A stretch of 32,000 bases of DNA from Aliivibrio fischeri ES114. GTDB lineage: Bacteria; Pseudomonadota; Gammaproteobacteria; Enterobacterales; Vibrionaceae. The DNA lies in assembly GCF_000011805.1 (NCBI RefSeq), contig NC_006841.2. One strand, given 5' to 3'. Within the stretch, counting starts at the first letter, position 1. Each line of letters begins with the position of its first letter. Both the position numbers and the translations under genes were made by a program. This document shows, one piece after another, positions 19,551 through 28,595 of the stretch. The notes beneath the pieces are model-generated. The model did no database searches, was not told the origin of the DNA, and was given only the letters and a program-made list of their open reading frames with translations.

Positions 19551-19865
19551 TCTTTGAGTAGTAAAAGGTGCGAAATATATAGCAACAATAAAAGGAATCA
19601 ATCTTTGTTTTTTATAAAGTGAGACATTGTCTCCAATTAGAGAAAGCCTAACATAACCACCCACAAAAACATTCCTTTAATTTATAGAAATATAAAATTC
19701 ATTCATTAAAACAACAATTAAAAACAAAACTTACAACATAAGTTTAAATTCTCATCGAAACATCACGATACAAAAAAGCGTATTTTTTGTGATCTAAGTT
19801 GTCATTTTAGCTGAAAATGTATGCTAGGGTTTTAATGTATTGTTATCAAAAGGAGAGAAGTAATT

Positions 19866-20063
19866 ATGAAACCTGAATTTGTTTATCAAGTGCCAGCGGA
19901 ATTTGGTGCTACAGGTTTGGCAACAGCAGAAAAAGAAGCAGAAGCTTTGTATTCTGAGTTACTAGGTAAAGGCGCAAGAAACATGACAGAAGTGAAAATA
20001 GAATTGAAAGATTCTAATGTCATTGGCAGCTGGGTTATTGATGGCGAAAGATACTTCATGTAA
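19866..20063 (+). CDS. Small hypothetical protein (65 aa)
   Basis: ATG preceded by AAAGGAGAGAAG ribosome binding site, balanced amino acid composition, followed by a terminator-like stem-loop. Confidence 0.65.
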   Translation: MKPEFVYQVPAEFGATGLATAEKEAEALYSELLGKGARNMTEVKIELKDSNVIGSWVIDGERYFM

Positions 20064-20080
20064 CTAATATAACTGTAGCA

Positions 20081-20118
20081 AAATGGACCTATTGTTTGAT
20101 AGGTTCATCCATTTTTTT
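20081..20118 (+). terminator. Probable terminator after the 65-aa ORF
   Basis: AAATGG-ACCTAT-tgtttg-ATAGGT-tcat-CCATTTTTTT: stem with internal bulge and T tract. Confidence 0.55.
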
Positions 20119-20243
20119 AAAAGCTCACATCGAATACCACTACACCCCCTATTGTTCCTTCATCGCTCACATTTCATATGTTTTTTATAATTTTATTTTA
20201 ACAATGCCATTATTCATAATATAATGTGAAGCATCTCGCATAA

Positions 20244-20966
20244 TTGACTTTATATATGTTTAAACGTGTAACATTTGGTTTCAGAATAAGAAAACAACTT
20301 AAAAACAATAGAGTAACTCTTCCTCCAAGGTTATCTCTATTCCAAAGAGTTAGGCTACCATCCTCGTTAAAAATAGAAGAAAACGTTGCGTTTCGTGACG
20401 GCTATTTATTATGGAGCATGGGGGCATACTCATATAGTTATAGTCAACTTGAAAGAAATACAATCGTTGGACGTTACTGCTCAATCGCGAAAGATGTGAC
20501 AATTTTAGGCTACCAACACCCTCTACATCGTTTTACGACAAGTACTGTAACCTATTCTAATGATGAGTTTGCACTATCTGGTTTACAACAAGAGTCATTA
20601 AAAGAAAATAAAGACTACGTTCCACAACCCATCATCATTAAGAATGACGTTTGGATTGGAGCTAACGTAGTACTAAAACCAGGCATTACAATTGGTAATG
20701 GCGCTGTTATTGCAGCTAATGCAGTCGTAACTAAAGATGTTCCTGATTACGCTATTGTTGGCGGGATCCCAAGTAAACTTATAAGGTACCGTTTCAAAGA
20801 AGAAGTGATTAACGACTTATTAGATATAAAATGGTGGGAATATGACTTTTTAGACTTCCAATCTATCCCATTAGACTCTGATATTAATGACTTTATTCGA
20901 GATTTTAAACAGTTAGTCGATAGTAATAGCATCAAAAAATACCATCCAAAAACGTTTACCATATAA
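20244..20966 (+). CDS. CatB/Vat-like hexapeptide-repeat acyltransferase
   Basis: 'DVWIGANVVLKPGITIGNGAVIAANAVVTKDVPDYAIVGGIPSKLIRYRF' left-handed beta-helix signature. Start TTG at 20244 or ATG at 20256. Confidence 0.85.
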   Translation: MTLYMFKRVTFGFRIRKQLKNNRVTLPPRLSLFQRVRLPSSLKIEENVAFRDGYLLWSMGAYSYSYSQLERNTIVGRYCSIAKDVTILGYQHPLHRFTTSTVTYSNDEFALSGLQQESLKENKDYVPQPIIIKNDVWIGANVVLKPGITIGNGAVIAANAVVTKDVPDYAIVGGIPSKLIRYRFKEEVINDLLDIKWWEYDFLDFQSIPLDSDINDFIRDFKQLVDSNSIKKYHPKTFTI

Positions 20967-20983
20967 TTTTATTCTACGTACAC

Positions 20984-21009
20984 AAAAAAGGGTCGCAAAC
21001 TGCGACCCT
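20984..21009 (-). terminator. Rho-independent terminator for guaC
   Basis: AGGGTCGCA-aac-TGCGACCCT perfect 9-bp stem with an A run at 20984-20989 that is a T tract in the guaC direction. Confidence 0.88.
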
Positions 21010-21041
21010 AACTTATTCGTTATTTCATTAAAAGTGAGTTA

Positions 21042-22085
21042 TCACTCTTTACCGAAAACGTTGTTCTCTTGCTCTTGTACTCGAATGAAAGTAGTACGCT
21101 TAGTTAGCTCTTTAAGCTTTGCTGCGCCTACGTATGTACAAGTTGAACGTACACCACCAAGGATGTCAGAAATCGTGTTATGAACTGAACCACGGAATGG
21201 TAATAGAACGGTTTTACCTTCAGCAGCACGGTACTTAGCAACACCACCAGAGTGTTTGTCCATCGCGCTTTGTGAAGACATTCCGTAGAACTTCATGAAC
21301 GTCTTACCATCTTGTTCGATAACTTCACCGCCGGACTCTTCGTGACCAGCTAGCATACCACCAAGCATTACGAAATCAGCACCGCCGCCGAACGCTTTAG
21401 ATACGTCACCCGCACACGAACAACCACCGTCACCGATAATACGACCACCAAGACCGTGAGCAGCATCTGCACATTCGATAATTGCAGAAAGTTGTGGGTA
21501 ACCAACACCTGTTTTAACACGTGTAGTACATACAGAGCCTGGGCCAATACCTACTTTTACAATATCTGCACCAGCAAGGATAAGCTCTTCAACCATATCA
21601 CCAGTTACAACGTTACCCGCAGAAATCACTTTATCAGGGAATTCAGCACGCACTTTTTCAACATATTGAACTAGGTGTTCAGAGTAACCATTCGCAATAT
21701 CAATACAAATAAAGATCAAATCATCGGTTAATGCCATGATATCTTTAGTTTTTTGGAAATCAGCTTCTGAAGTACCAGTAGAAACCATTGCGTTTTTAAG
21801 AACAGAAGCATCGTTCTCTTTAATAAACTCAGCCCAATCAGCAACAGTGTAGTGCTTATGTACAGCAGTCATTACACCATGCTCAGATAATGCCTTCGCC
21901 ATTGCAAAGCTACCTACAGAATCCATGTTAGCTGCAATTACAGGTGTACCAGACCATTGACGTCCGCTATGTTTGAATGTAAAATCGCGGGTTAATTCAA
22001 CCTGAGAGCGACTTTTCAGCGTTGAACGCTTAGGTCGAAACAGTACATCTTTGAAGCCTAACTTTAATTCTTGTTCGATACGCAT
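21042..22085 (-). CDS. guaC: GMP reductase
   Basis: '[37 protein letters not shown]', '[36 protein letters not shown]'. Confidence 0.97.
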   Translation of the reverse strand: MRIEQELKLGFKDVLFRPKRSTLKSRSQVELTRDFTFKHSGRQWSGTPVIAANMDSVGSFAMAKALSEHGVMTAVHKHYTVADWAEFIKENDASVLKNAMVSTGTSEADFQKTKDIMALTDDLIFICIDIANGYSEHLVQYVEKVRAEFPDKVISAGNVVTGDMVEELILAGADIVKVGIGPGSVCTTRVKTGVGYPQLSAIIECADAAHGLGGRIIGDGGCSCAGDVSKAFGGGADFVMLGGMLAGHEESGGEVIEQDGKTFMKFYGMSSQSAMDKHSGGVAKYRAAEGKTVLLPFRGSVHNTISDILGGVRSTCTYVGAAKLKELTKRTTFIRVQEQENNVFGKE

Positions 22086-22128
22086 GATAAATTCCTCGTC
22101 TTATCGATAAGGCTCTACTACCTCTTGT

Positions 22129-22146
22129 TGCCTTTGGCAGAAGGCA
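22129..22146 (-). promoter_or_regulatory. Second hairpin of the guaC leader
   Basis: In guaC sense: TGCCTT-CTGCCA-AAGGCA, perfect 6-bp stem with a 6-nt loop. Confidence 0.55.
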
Positions 22147-22171
22147 GTTAACAAACCAAGATAGCAGGCAC

Positions 22172-22206
22172 AAAAAAACCGGGGCGCTGGCAGGCGCTCC
22201 GGTTTT
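22172..22206 (-). terminator. Terminator-like hairpin in the guaC 5' leader (possible attenuator or terminator of a very short RNA)
   Basis: In guaC sense: AAAACCGG-A-GCGC-CTGCCA-GCGC-C-CCGGTTTTTTT. GC-rich stem followed by a T tract about 90 nt upstream of the start codon. Confidence 0.75.
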
Positions 22207-22210
22207 CAGT

Positions 22211-22238
22211 ATTATAGGCCCAGAAACCTTTTTAGCAA
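22211..22238 (-). promoter_or_regulatory. Promoter-like sequence upstream of the guaC leader hairpin
   Basis: In guaC sense: TTGCTA (22238-22233), 16-bp spacer, TATAAT (22216-22211). Confidence 0.55.
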
Positions 22239-22545
22239 GTCTGATAATTCAATTTTTTTTGTGATATCATCGATTAAAGTGCAAACAAAAACCACGAAAT
22301 AGTTAATTGCACTACCCCACACAAAAATTTAGATTATTATCCTGCAAATTATCACTTACCTAAAGTTTTGTAAAAAAGTAGAATTAGCTAAAATACGTAA
22401 CTTTATGTTCAAAAGTAAACGTTTGCTATTTCTAGCCAAAGTCTACCTTGATCAACTTCTCATTTTTTTACTATTTTCATGAATAGATATCGAATTTAAT
22501 GTGATATACTTACGGAAAATTCACTCATTAACTGATCTTTAATAC

Positions 22546-23850
22546 ATGAAGTTTCCTGGCCAACGTAAGTCTAAACACTATTTTCCAGTTCACACTCGCG
22601 ATCCTCTAGTGAATCAAATCAACCAAACGCCTAAACTTGAACGCACTCACCTTATCGGTGTTGGTCAAACAATCGTAGATATCGAAGCAAAAGTAGACGA
22701 TGACTTTCTAAACCGTCATCAATTAAGTAAAGGTCATTCATTAGTTCTTGAAGAATCAAAAGCAGAAGCTTTATATAAAGAACTATTTGAAAGAAACTTG
22801 ATCAGTCATGAGTATCCTGGCGATACTATTGGTAATACACTTCATAACTATTCTGTACTTGCTGATAGCAAATCTATTCTTTTAGGTGTTATGAGTGAAG
22901 ATATCAAAATTGGTTCTTACGCTTACCGTTACTTATGTAACACAACAAGCCGTATGGACTTAGACTACCTACAGCCAGTTCAAGGTCCTATTGGCCGTTG
23001 TTACACGTTAATTTCTGAAGATGGTGAACGTACGTTTGCGATCAATGAAGGCGACATGAACCAACTGTGCCCTACTCATGTTCCAGAGCATATTTTCGAA
23101 AAAGCATCTGCACTAGTGATTTCCTCTTACCTTGTTCGTGGTAAAGAAGGTGATCCTATGATGGATGCAGTGCGTAAAGCTATCGATTGTGCAAAATCTC
23201 ATAACGTTCCTGTCGTTCTTACTTTAGGTACTAAATACGTTATCGAAGGCAAAGCAGAATGGTGGCAGACTTTCTTGAAAGAAAACGTAACTGTTGTTGC
23301 GATGAATGAAGAAGAAGCAGAAGCACTAACTGGTGAAAAAGATCCACTATTAGCCGCTGATAAAGCCTTAGAATGGGTTGATTTAGTACTTTGTACCGCT
23401 GGACCAATTGGCTTATACATGGCTGGTTTTACAGAAGAAAGTATTAAGCGTGAAACAAGCAAACCACTTCTTCCTGGTAACATTCCTGAGTTTAACCGCT
23501 TTGAATACAGCCGTCCGATGGTTAAAGCGTTATGTAAAAAACCAATTAAAGTATCTTCTCACATTGCACCGTATATGGGTGGCCCTGTTGAGATCAAAAA
23601 TACGAATGGTGCTGGTGATGCCGCATTATCTGCTCTTTTACATGATATGGCAGCGAACTACTATCATAAAGAAAATGTACCAAATTCAAGCAAGCATGAT
23701 GCTGAGTATTTGACCTATTCTTCTTTCTCTCAAATTTGTAAATACTCTAACCGTGCAAGTTACGAAGTATTAACTCAACACTCTCCACGTTTATCTAAAT
23801 CAATGCCTGAACGTGAAGATTGTTTAGAAGAAGCTTACTGGGAGCGTTAA
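22546..23850 (+). CDS. gsk: Inosine-guanosine kinase
   Basis: 'MKFPGQRKSKHYFPVHTRDPLVNQ', 'GVGQTIVDIEAKVDDDFL', 'NTNGAGDAALSALLHDMAANYYHK' (PfkB-family motif), 434 aa. Confidence 0.95.
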   Translation: MKFPGQRKSKHYFPVHTRDPLVNQINQTPKLERTHLIGVGQTIVDIEAKVDDDFLNRHQLSKGHSLVLEESKAEALYKELFERNLISHEYPGDTIGNTLHNYSVLADSKSILLGVMSEDIKIGSYAYRYLCNTTSRMDLDYLQPVQGPIGRCYTLISEDGERTFAINEGDMNQLCPTHVPEHIFEKASALVISSYLVRGKEGDPMMDAVRKAIDCAKSHNVPVVLTLGTKYVIEGKAEWWQTFLKENVTVVAMNEEEAEALTGEKDPLLAADKALEWVDLVLCTAGPIGLYMAGFTEESIKRETSKPLLPGNIPEFNRFEYSRPMVKALCKKPIKVSSHIAPYMGGPVEIKNTNGAGDAALSALLHDMAANYYHKENVPNSSKHDAEYLTYSSFSQICKYSNRASYEVLTQHSPRLSKSMPEREDCLEEAYWER

Positions 23851-23873
23851 ATCCTATTAGCATCTGGTTCATA

Positions 23874-23905
23874 AAAAAATCCGACGGTTAAACGTCGGAT
23901 TTTTT
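23874..23905 (+). terminator. Rho-independent terminator between gsk and ppiC (bidirectional)
   Basis: AAAAAATCCGACG-gttaaa-CGTCGGATTTTTT. Confidence 0.9.
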
Positions 23906-23926
23906 GTATTTATAATTCAGTTTTAA

Positions 23927-24205
23927 TTAAGTGCGGTATAGAACCTTAACAACATGCCAACCGAACTTTGTTTTTACTAAATGTGGAACTAAAGTTTCGC
24001 CGCTAAAACACACTTTATCAAACTGAGGTACCATTTGACCTTTCTTGAATTCACCTAAGTCACCGCCTCTTTTACCAGAAGGACAGCTTGAATATTTCTT
24101 TGCTAGTACGTGAAACTTAGCGCCTTTTTTAAGCTGTTGGATAATATCTTCTGCTTGTTCTTTATGCTTAACAAGAATATGTAGAGCCGCTGCAGTATTC
24201 GCCAT
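23927..24205 (-). CDS. ppiC: Parvulin-type peptidyl-prolyl cis-trans isomerase
   Basis: '[63 protein letters not shown]...[11 protein letters not shown]'. Confidence 0.95.
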   Translation of the reverse strand: MANTAAALHILVKHKEQAEDIIQQLKKGAKFHVLAKKYSSCPSGKRGGDLGEFKKGQMVPQFDKVCFSGETLVPHLVKTKFGWHVVKVLYRT

Positions 24206-24345
24206 GAATGCCTCAATTTATTTAAATAACGATTTAGCGTAATTATATCGTTTATGTCACCATAATTGATAGTCTCACCTTTAAAAACCGTCTCAAAAAA
24301 ACTACAATCTCATTTATAAAAGTAAAATCTAAAAGGCTATCACTT

Positions 24346-25242
24346 ATGAAAAGCAAGGCGAATCAATCGCAAGGTATGCTGCTATTCAAACTCACACTAA
24401 ACCAAAGGTTTGCTATTGGCACCTTGAAAGTTCGTGAGATCGTACCTTTCCAGCCTCTCACATCTATCCCCTATTCTCATCATCATGTTTTAGGTACCGC
24501 AACCATAAGAAATATGGCGATACCAATTATTGATATGGCAGCAGCAGTTGGATTTCGACCATTACAAAAAGAAGAACTTGATAGCTGTTATATCATCATT
24601 ACTGATTGCATGCGTACTGTTGTTGGGTTCGCAATCAGATCTATCGATAAAATAATAGAATGTGATTGGAAAGCAATTGAAGCCTCTCCACCAACCGCTG
24701 GTTCTAATGTTTTTGTTACTGGTATTACACGAGTTGAAGATAAAATCGTTCAATTACTCGATGTTGAACTGTTACTATCAAAAATCTATCCAGAAGATAC
24801 TTCTAATTTATATCCTATCTTGGCGGACGTTGAAAGAGAGAAACTAAAACCGTTAAACATACTATTAGTTGATGACTCTTTTGTTGCACGTAAACAGCTT
24901 TCAACTGCACTCGACAGTATTAATATCCCTTATGATGTTGCAACAAACGGTTTAGATGCTTATGAAATACTAAAAAAATCATCTGATGAAGGTAAACCAT
25001 ATAATATCGTTGTTAGTGATATTGAAATGCCGGGATTAGATGGATACGAATTGGCTTTTGAGATTCAAAATGACAATCGATTAAAAGATGCTTATGTCAT
25101 TCTTCATACCTCACTTTCAAGTGAGATCTGTGTAGAGCAAGCGCACCAAGTCGGTGCTCACGAAGCCCTAACAAAATTTGAAGCGACGGAATTAGTTCAA
25201 GCAATGCTTCGTGGTGCAAACCACAACAACCGAGCTGCTTAA
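24346..25242 (+). CDS. cheV: Chemotaxis protein CheV (CheW-like domain + receiver)
   Basis: N-terminal CheW-like domain ('VLGTATIRNMAIPIIDMAAAVGF') and receiver ('NILLVDDSFVARKQL', 'VVSDIEMPGLDGYEL', 'LHTSLS'). Confidence 0.93.
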   Translation: MKSKANQSQGMLLFKLTLNQRFAIGTLKVREIVPFQPLTSIPYSHHHVLGTATIRNMAIPIIDMAAAVGFRPLQKEELDSCYIIITDCMRTVVGFAIRSIDKIIECDWKAIEASPPTAGSNVFVTGITRVEDKIVQLLDVELLLSKIYPEDTSNLYPILADVEREKLKPLNILLVDDSFVARKQLSTALDSINIPYDVATNGLDAYEILKKSSDEGKPYNIVVSDIEMPGLDGYELAFEIQNDNRLKDAYVILHTSLSSEICVEQAHQVGAHEALTKFEATELVQAMLRGANHNNRAA

Positions 25243-25251
25243 TTAACCTGC

Positions 25252-25299
25252 GCATACAAAAATAACTTACACATACAAAAATAACTTACACATACAAAA
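25252..25299 (+). repeat. Short direct repeat catacaaaaa(a)taacttaca, two and a half copies
   Basis: CATACAAAAAATAACTTACA (25252-25271), CATACAAAAATAACTTACA (25272-25290), partial CATACAAAA (25291-25299). Confidence 0.85.
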
Positions 25300-25332
25300 A
25301 ACCGCATTACCCTAGGATAATGCGGTTTTTTT
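25294..25332. terminator. Terminator between cheV and the MaoC-like gene (bidirectional)
   Basis: AAAAACCGCATTA-ccctagga-TAATGCGGTTTTTTT. Confidence 0.9.
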
Positions 25333-25363
25333 ATATTTTTGTTTATTACTTAAAATTAAAGAA

Positions 25364-26047
25364 TTAAAAGTACAGACGAATTACCGATACGGCTACACAC
25401 CCAGGGCGGCGACACTTTTCAATTTCAACTTTAACTTCTGTCTCAATCTCTAAACCACGCTTGATTGGTGTCACTGACATCAGTGTGCTTCTTGCTCGAA
25501 TACGCTTACCCGCTTTAACTGGATATGGAAAACGCACTTTATTTAAACCGTAGTTAACAGTCATCTTTGCTGTTGGGAACAGTAAGTTATCGCTACCGAC
25601 GTTATCTGTTAGTTTTGACAACATAGAAAGTGTAAGAAAGCCGTGTGCGATAGTGGTTTTAAAAGGTGATTCTGCCGCTGCTCTCTCAGGATCGGTATGA
25701 ATCCACTGCGGATCCTCCGTCACTGCACCAAAACTGTTAATTCGCTCTTGATCCATTAGTGACCAATCACCTACATGAATTTCTTCACCTAAACGAGCAG
25801 TTAGCTCTTCAAAAACGTTTTGTGTTTCTAAGTTCATTTCAATTGGCTCAGGTTGAACAACTTCTTGCGACTGTCCATTTGCAGCACGCTTATGTTCTTT
25901 AACCCACGAAATAATGTGAATATTGTTGGCTTTATTTAAAAACTCAATCCAGTAATCATAAATGGTTGGTGACATCCAGTCTTTCAACTCGAACGGATGC
26001 TTCGCAAGATATTCACGCTTATGCTTTAGAAAATCGACAACCTTCAT
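25364..26047 (-). CDS. MaoC-like (R)-hydratase family protein
   Basis: 'IGSFGAVTEDPQWIHTDPERA'-type motif (here 'INSFGAVTEDPQWIHTDPERAAAESPFKTTIAHGFLTLSMLS'), the MaoC/FAS hydratase catalytic signature. Confidence 0.9.
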   Translation of the reverse strand: MKVVDFLKHKREYLAKHPFELKDWMSPTIYDYWIEFLNKANNIHIISWVKEHKRAANGQSQEVVQPEPIEMNLETQNVFEELTARLGEEIHVGDWSLMDQERINSFGAVTEDPQWIHTDPERAAAESPFKTTIAHGFLTLSMLSKLTDNVGSDNLLFPTAKMTVNYGLNKVRFPYPVKAGKRIRARSTLMSVTPIKRGLEIETEVKVEIEKCRRPGCVAVSVIRLYF

Positions 26048-26107
26048 AGAGAAACCTTATTTGATATCTAATCGTAAAAACAATGCTTAATAGCCAGATT
26101 GCGTAAT

Positions 26108-26123
26108 TGTGTTACACATCACG
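26108..26123. promoter_or_regulatory. CRP-like binding site upstream of the MaoC-like gene
   Basis: TGTGT-TACACA-TCACG matches TGTGA-N6-TCACA at 8 of 10 consensus positions. Confidence 0.45.
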
Positions 26124-26397
26124 TTTTTTTGCAAATTATTTCCTAGCTTACACCTGTTCGCTCTAATTAACTTTTCCCTTACTAAACAAACAACTATCGA
26201 TAATGAACACTGTTCAAAAAAAATCTATTATGAGAAGTAATGCTCATATTTCAGCAAATAAATCATAGAAAGACGTTAAAATACACACTAATTCCACACT
26301 TATTTTAGTGACTATTATGCTCTAATTATGAGTTTTCAATCGCATTTTTGATAATTCATGTGAATTAGCTTAGATTAAATATTCCCAAAATCAATAA

Positions 26398-26430
26398 ACA
26401 AAAAACCTCTGAATAAATACAGAGGTTTTC
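26398..26430 (-). terminator. Terminator downstream of gcvT
   Basis: AAAACCTCTG-aataaata-CAGAGGTTTT perfect 10-bp stem. Confidence 0.85.
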
Positions 26431-26487
26431 AAATAACTCAAACTATTTATGATCAACAAACGATCAAACACTTCTTGTTGTTATTAA

Positions 26488-27606
26488 TTATCCGCGATAA
26501 TAGCGCTGAGGAACAAATGGCATCTTCTCAACCGTCATTGGAAGTTTCTTTCCTCTTACATCAGCAAATACTTCAGTGCCAAGGCTCGCAAGATCGGTTC
26601 GTACATATGCCATTGATACAGGCTTTCCTGCTGTTGGCCCCGCTGTACCACTCGTTACAATGCCAATTTCATTATCATCCGCATCATAAAGCTTACATCC
26701 TTCACGCACAGGCGCTTTAGTTTGTCCAACAAGACCGACACGTTTTCGATTTACATCTTTTGTTTCAATCTGCTTTAAAATAACATCAGCACCAGGGAAA
26801 CCAGCGACACGTTCACCATCAGCACGACGGTTTTTACTTATTGCCCATAAAAGACTAGCTTCTACTGGTGTCGTTGTCGTATCTAAATCATGTCCATACA
26901 GACACAAACCACATTCTAAGCGTAATGAGTCACGAGCACCTAAACCTATCCATTCCACTTCTTCAAATGAGGTTAAGGTCTCTGCTAATTCTGCTGCTTT
27001 ATCATTTGGTACTGATATTTCATATCCATCCTCTCCAGTATAACCAGAGCGGCTGACATAACATTCAATGCCACTGATCTCTACTACTGCCGTATCCATA
27101 AATAGCATATTAGAAACAGAAGGTTGAAGTCGTGATAATACGTCGGCAGCTTGTGGACCTTGAAGAGCCAATAAAGCTCGATCTTCAATAACTTCTATTT
27201 CAACATCAGAAGGTAAATTAGCTACTAAGTGCGCAATATCTTGTTCTTTACACGCTGCATTTACTACAACAAACAGATGATCACCAAAGTTGGCTACCAT
27301 CAAATCATCCATAATGCCGCCATTATCATTAGTAAAAAATGCATATCGCTGTTTCTGAGAAGGGAGATCGATAATATCTACAGGAACCAAAGCTTCTAAT
27401 GCAGCAGCTGCATTTTTTCCTTTAAGTCTAAGTTGCCCCATGTGCGATACATCAAATAAACCAGCGGCATTACGAGTATGAAGGTGCTCTTTTTTTACAC
27501 CAAGTGGATACTGCACTGGCATTTCATATCCTGCAAATGGCACCATCTTTGCGCCAGCTGCTACATGAATTTCGTAAAGTGCCGTTTTATGTAATTGTTC
27601 TGACAT
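26488..27606 (-). CDS. gcvT: Glycine cleavage system aminomethyltransferase (T protein)
   Basis: 'VPFAGYEMPVQYPLGVKKEHLHTRNAAGLFDVSHMGQLRLKGKNAAAALE', 'SGYTGEDGYEISV'. Confidence 0.97.
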   Translation of the reverse strand: MSEQLHKTALYEIHVAAGAKMVPFAGYEMPVQYPLGVKKEHLHTRNAAGLFDVSHMGQLRLKGKNAAAALEALVPVDIIDLPSQKQRYAFFTNDNGGIMDDLMVANFGDHLFVVVNAACKEQDIAHLVANLPSDVEIEVIEDRALLALQGPQAADVLSRLQPSVSNMLFMDTAVVEISGIECYVSRSGYTGEDGYEISVPNDKAAELAETLTSFEEVEWIGLGARDSLRLECGLCLYGHDLDTTTTPVEASLLWAISKNRRADGERVAGFPGADVILKQIETKDVNRKRVGLVGQTKAPVREGCKLYDADDNEIGIVTSGTAGPTAGKPVSMAYVRTDLASLGTEVFADVRGKKLPMTVEKMPFVPQRYYRG

Positions 27607-27671
27607 TCTTCTATCTCCATTTGCCGATGTATGGCTGAATTTGTCGTTATAAAAAGTGTTGAGCTATGTTT

Positions 27672-28280
27672 CTATTTTGCTGTCACCCAAAGAATTTGAG
27701 CATCTTCTTTACTGATTGATATTAATACGTGTCCCATACTTGCGTCGTAATAAACGCTATCTCCAACCATCAAATTTACTGGTTCATAAAATTCACTGTA
27801 AAAACATACTTCCCCCTCAAGAACTAATAAAAACTCTTCACCATCGTGACGAACCCATTCTGCATACGCATCAAAATCTCTAGCTCGAATTCGACTTTTA
27901 AAAGGCACCATTTTTTTATTAGATAATTGCGTGGCAAGTAACTCATGTTCATACGTCGCCGTTGGGTGAGGTTTACCTTGCTCAGCTAAAGTAATATCAC
28001 GTCTACCTGCCGCCCCTTTTGTTTTAGGCGGTTCAAAGATTTGTGGGATATCAATATCCAAGCCTGTCGCTAACTTTTGCAATGCTTGAAATGTTGGTGA
28101 TATTTGCTCGTTTTCTATTTTTGATAAGGTTGAGCGTGCTAACCCCGTCCTTTTACTCGCCTCTTCCAGCGTTAAACCGAGTTGAATCCGTATATCTTTT
28201 AATCTTTGCCCAAGATCAAGTGGAGCAATCGGTTGCTCTTCGTTATTTTTCTCAACTTTAACGATTTTTGCTTCCTGCAT
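27672..28280 (-). CDS. XRE-family HTH regulator with C-terminal cupin domain
   Basis: HTH 'LGQRLKDIRIQLGLTLEEASKRTGLARSTLSKIENEQISPTFQALQKLATGLDIDIPQIFEP' and cupin 'EEFLLVLEGEVCFYSEFYEPVNLMVGDSVYYDASMGHVLIS'. The ATG at 28280 has a GGAG ribosome binding site; the supplied ORF reaches 28328. Confidence 0.9.
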   Translation of the reverse strand: MQEAKIVKVEKNNEEQPIAPLDLGQRLKDIRIQLGLTLEEASKRTGLARSTLSKIENEQISPTFQALQKLATGLDIDIPQIFEPPKTKGAAGRRDITLAEQGKPHPTATYEHELLATQLSNKKMVPFKSRIRARDFDAYAEWVRHDGEEFLLVLEGEVCFYSEFYEPVNLMVGDSVYYDASMGHVLISISKEDAQILWVTAK

Positions 28281-28421
28281 GTTTATTTTTTCTGCGCTCA
28301 CATAGCGCTCCTTGTGCTCATTAATCATTCAAATTGCGCTATTAATATTCACTTTACTGGAGAAAATTGCGAGATAAAAGGAAACAACAATGTCTAAATA
28401 GTGCGCTAGGTAGCAAAAAAG

Positions 28422-28445
28422 GAAACAAAGTTTCTTATTGGAAAC
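28422..28445. promoter_or_regulatory. Overlapping GAAAC/GTTTC palindromes upstream of gcvH, candidate operator
   Basis: GAAAC-aaa-GTTTC (28422-28434) overlapping GTTTC-ttattg-GAAAC (28430-28445), with another GAAAC at 28381-28385. Confidence 0.45.
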
Positions 28446-28595
28446 TTCATCGTTGAATGTTGCATTTCACACTTGTATGTTTATCGAATGTAATGTGATG
28501 GCTGTTATTAATACAGATAACACTCTATTTGGTTTTATTTAATACAATTTCGCTTAACGCTATTTGCTTAATGCAATTCAATCTGGAGAAGTATC

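Noticed and set aside
20244-20966. Antibiotic resistance (CatB/Vat) gene call for the hexapeptide acyltransferase
   Set aside because: The fold signature is shared by many polysaccharide and small-molecule acetyltransferases. Nothing in the context (no integron or mobile element) supports a resistance role.
28281-28595. Glycine riboswitch upstream of gcvH
   Set aside because: Looked for because glycine cleavage genes often carry one. No recognisable conserved glycine aptamer core is visible, and the AT-rich region holds GAAAC boxes instead. An Infernal search with the glycine riboswitch model would settle it.
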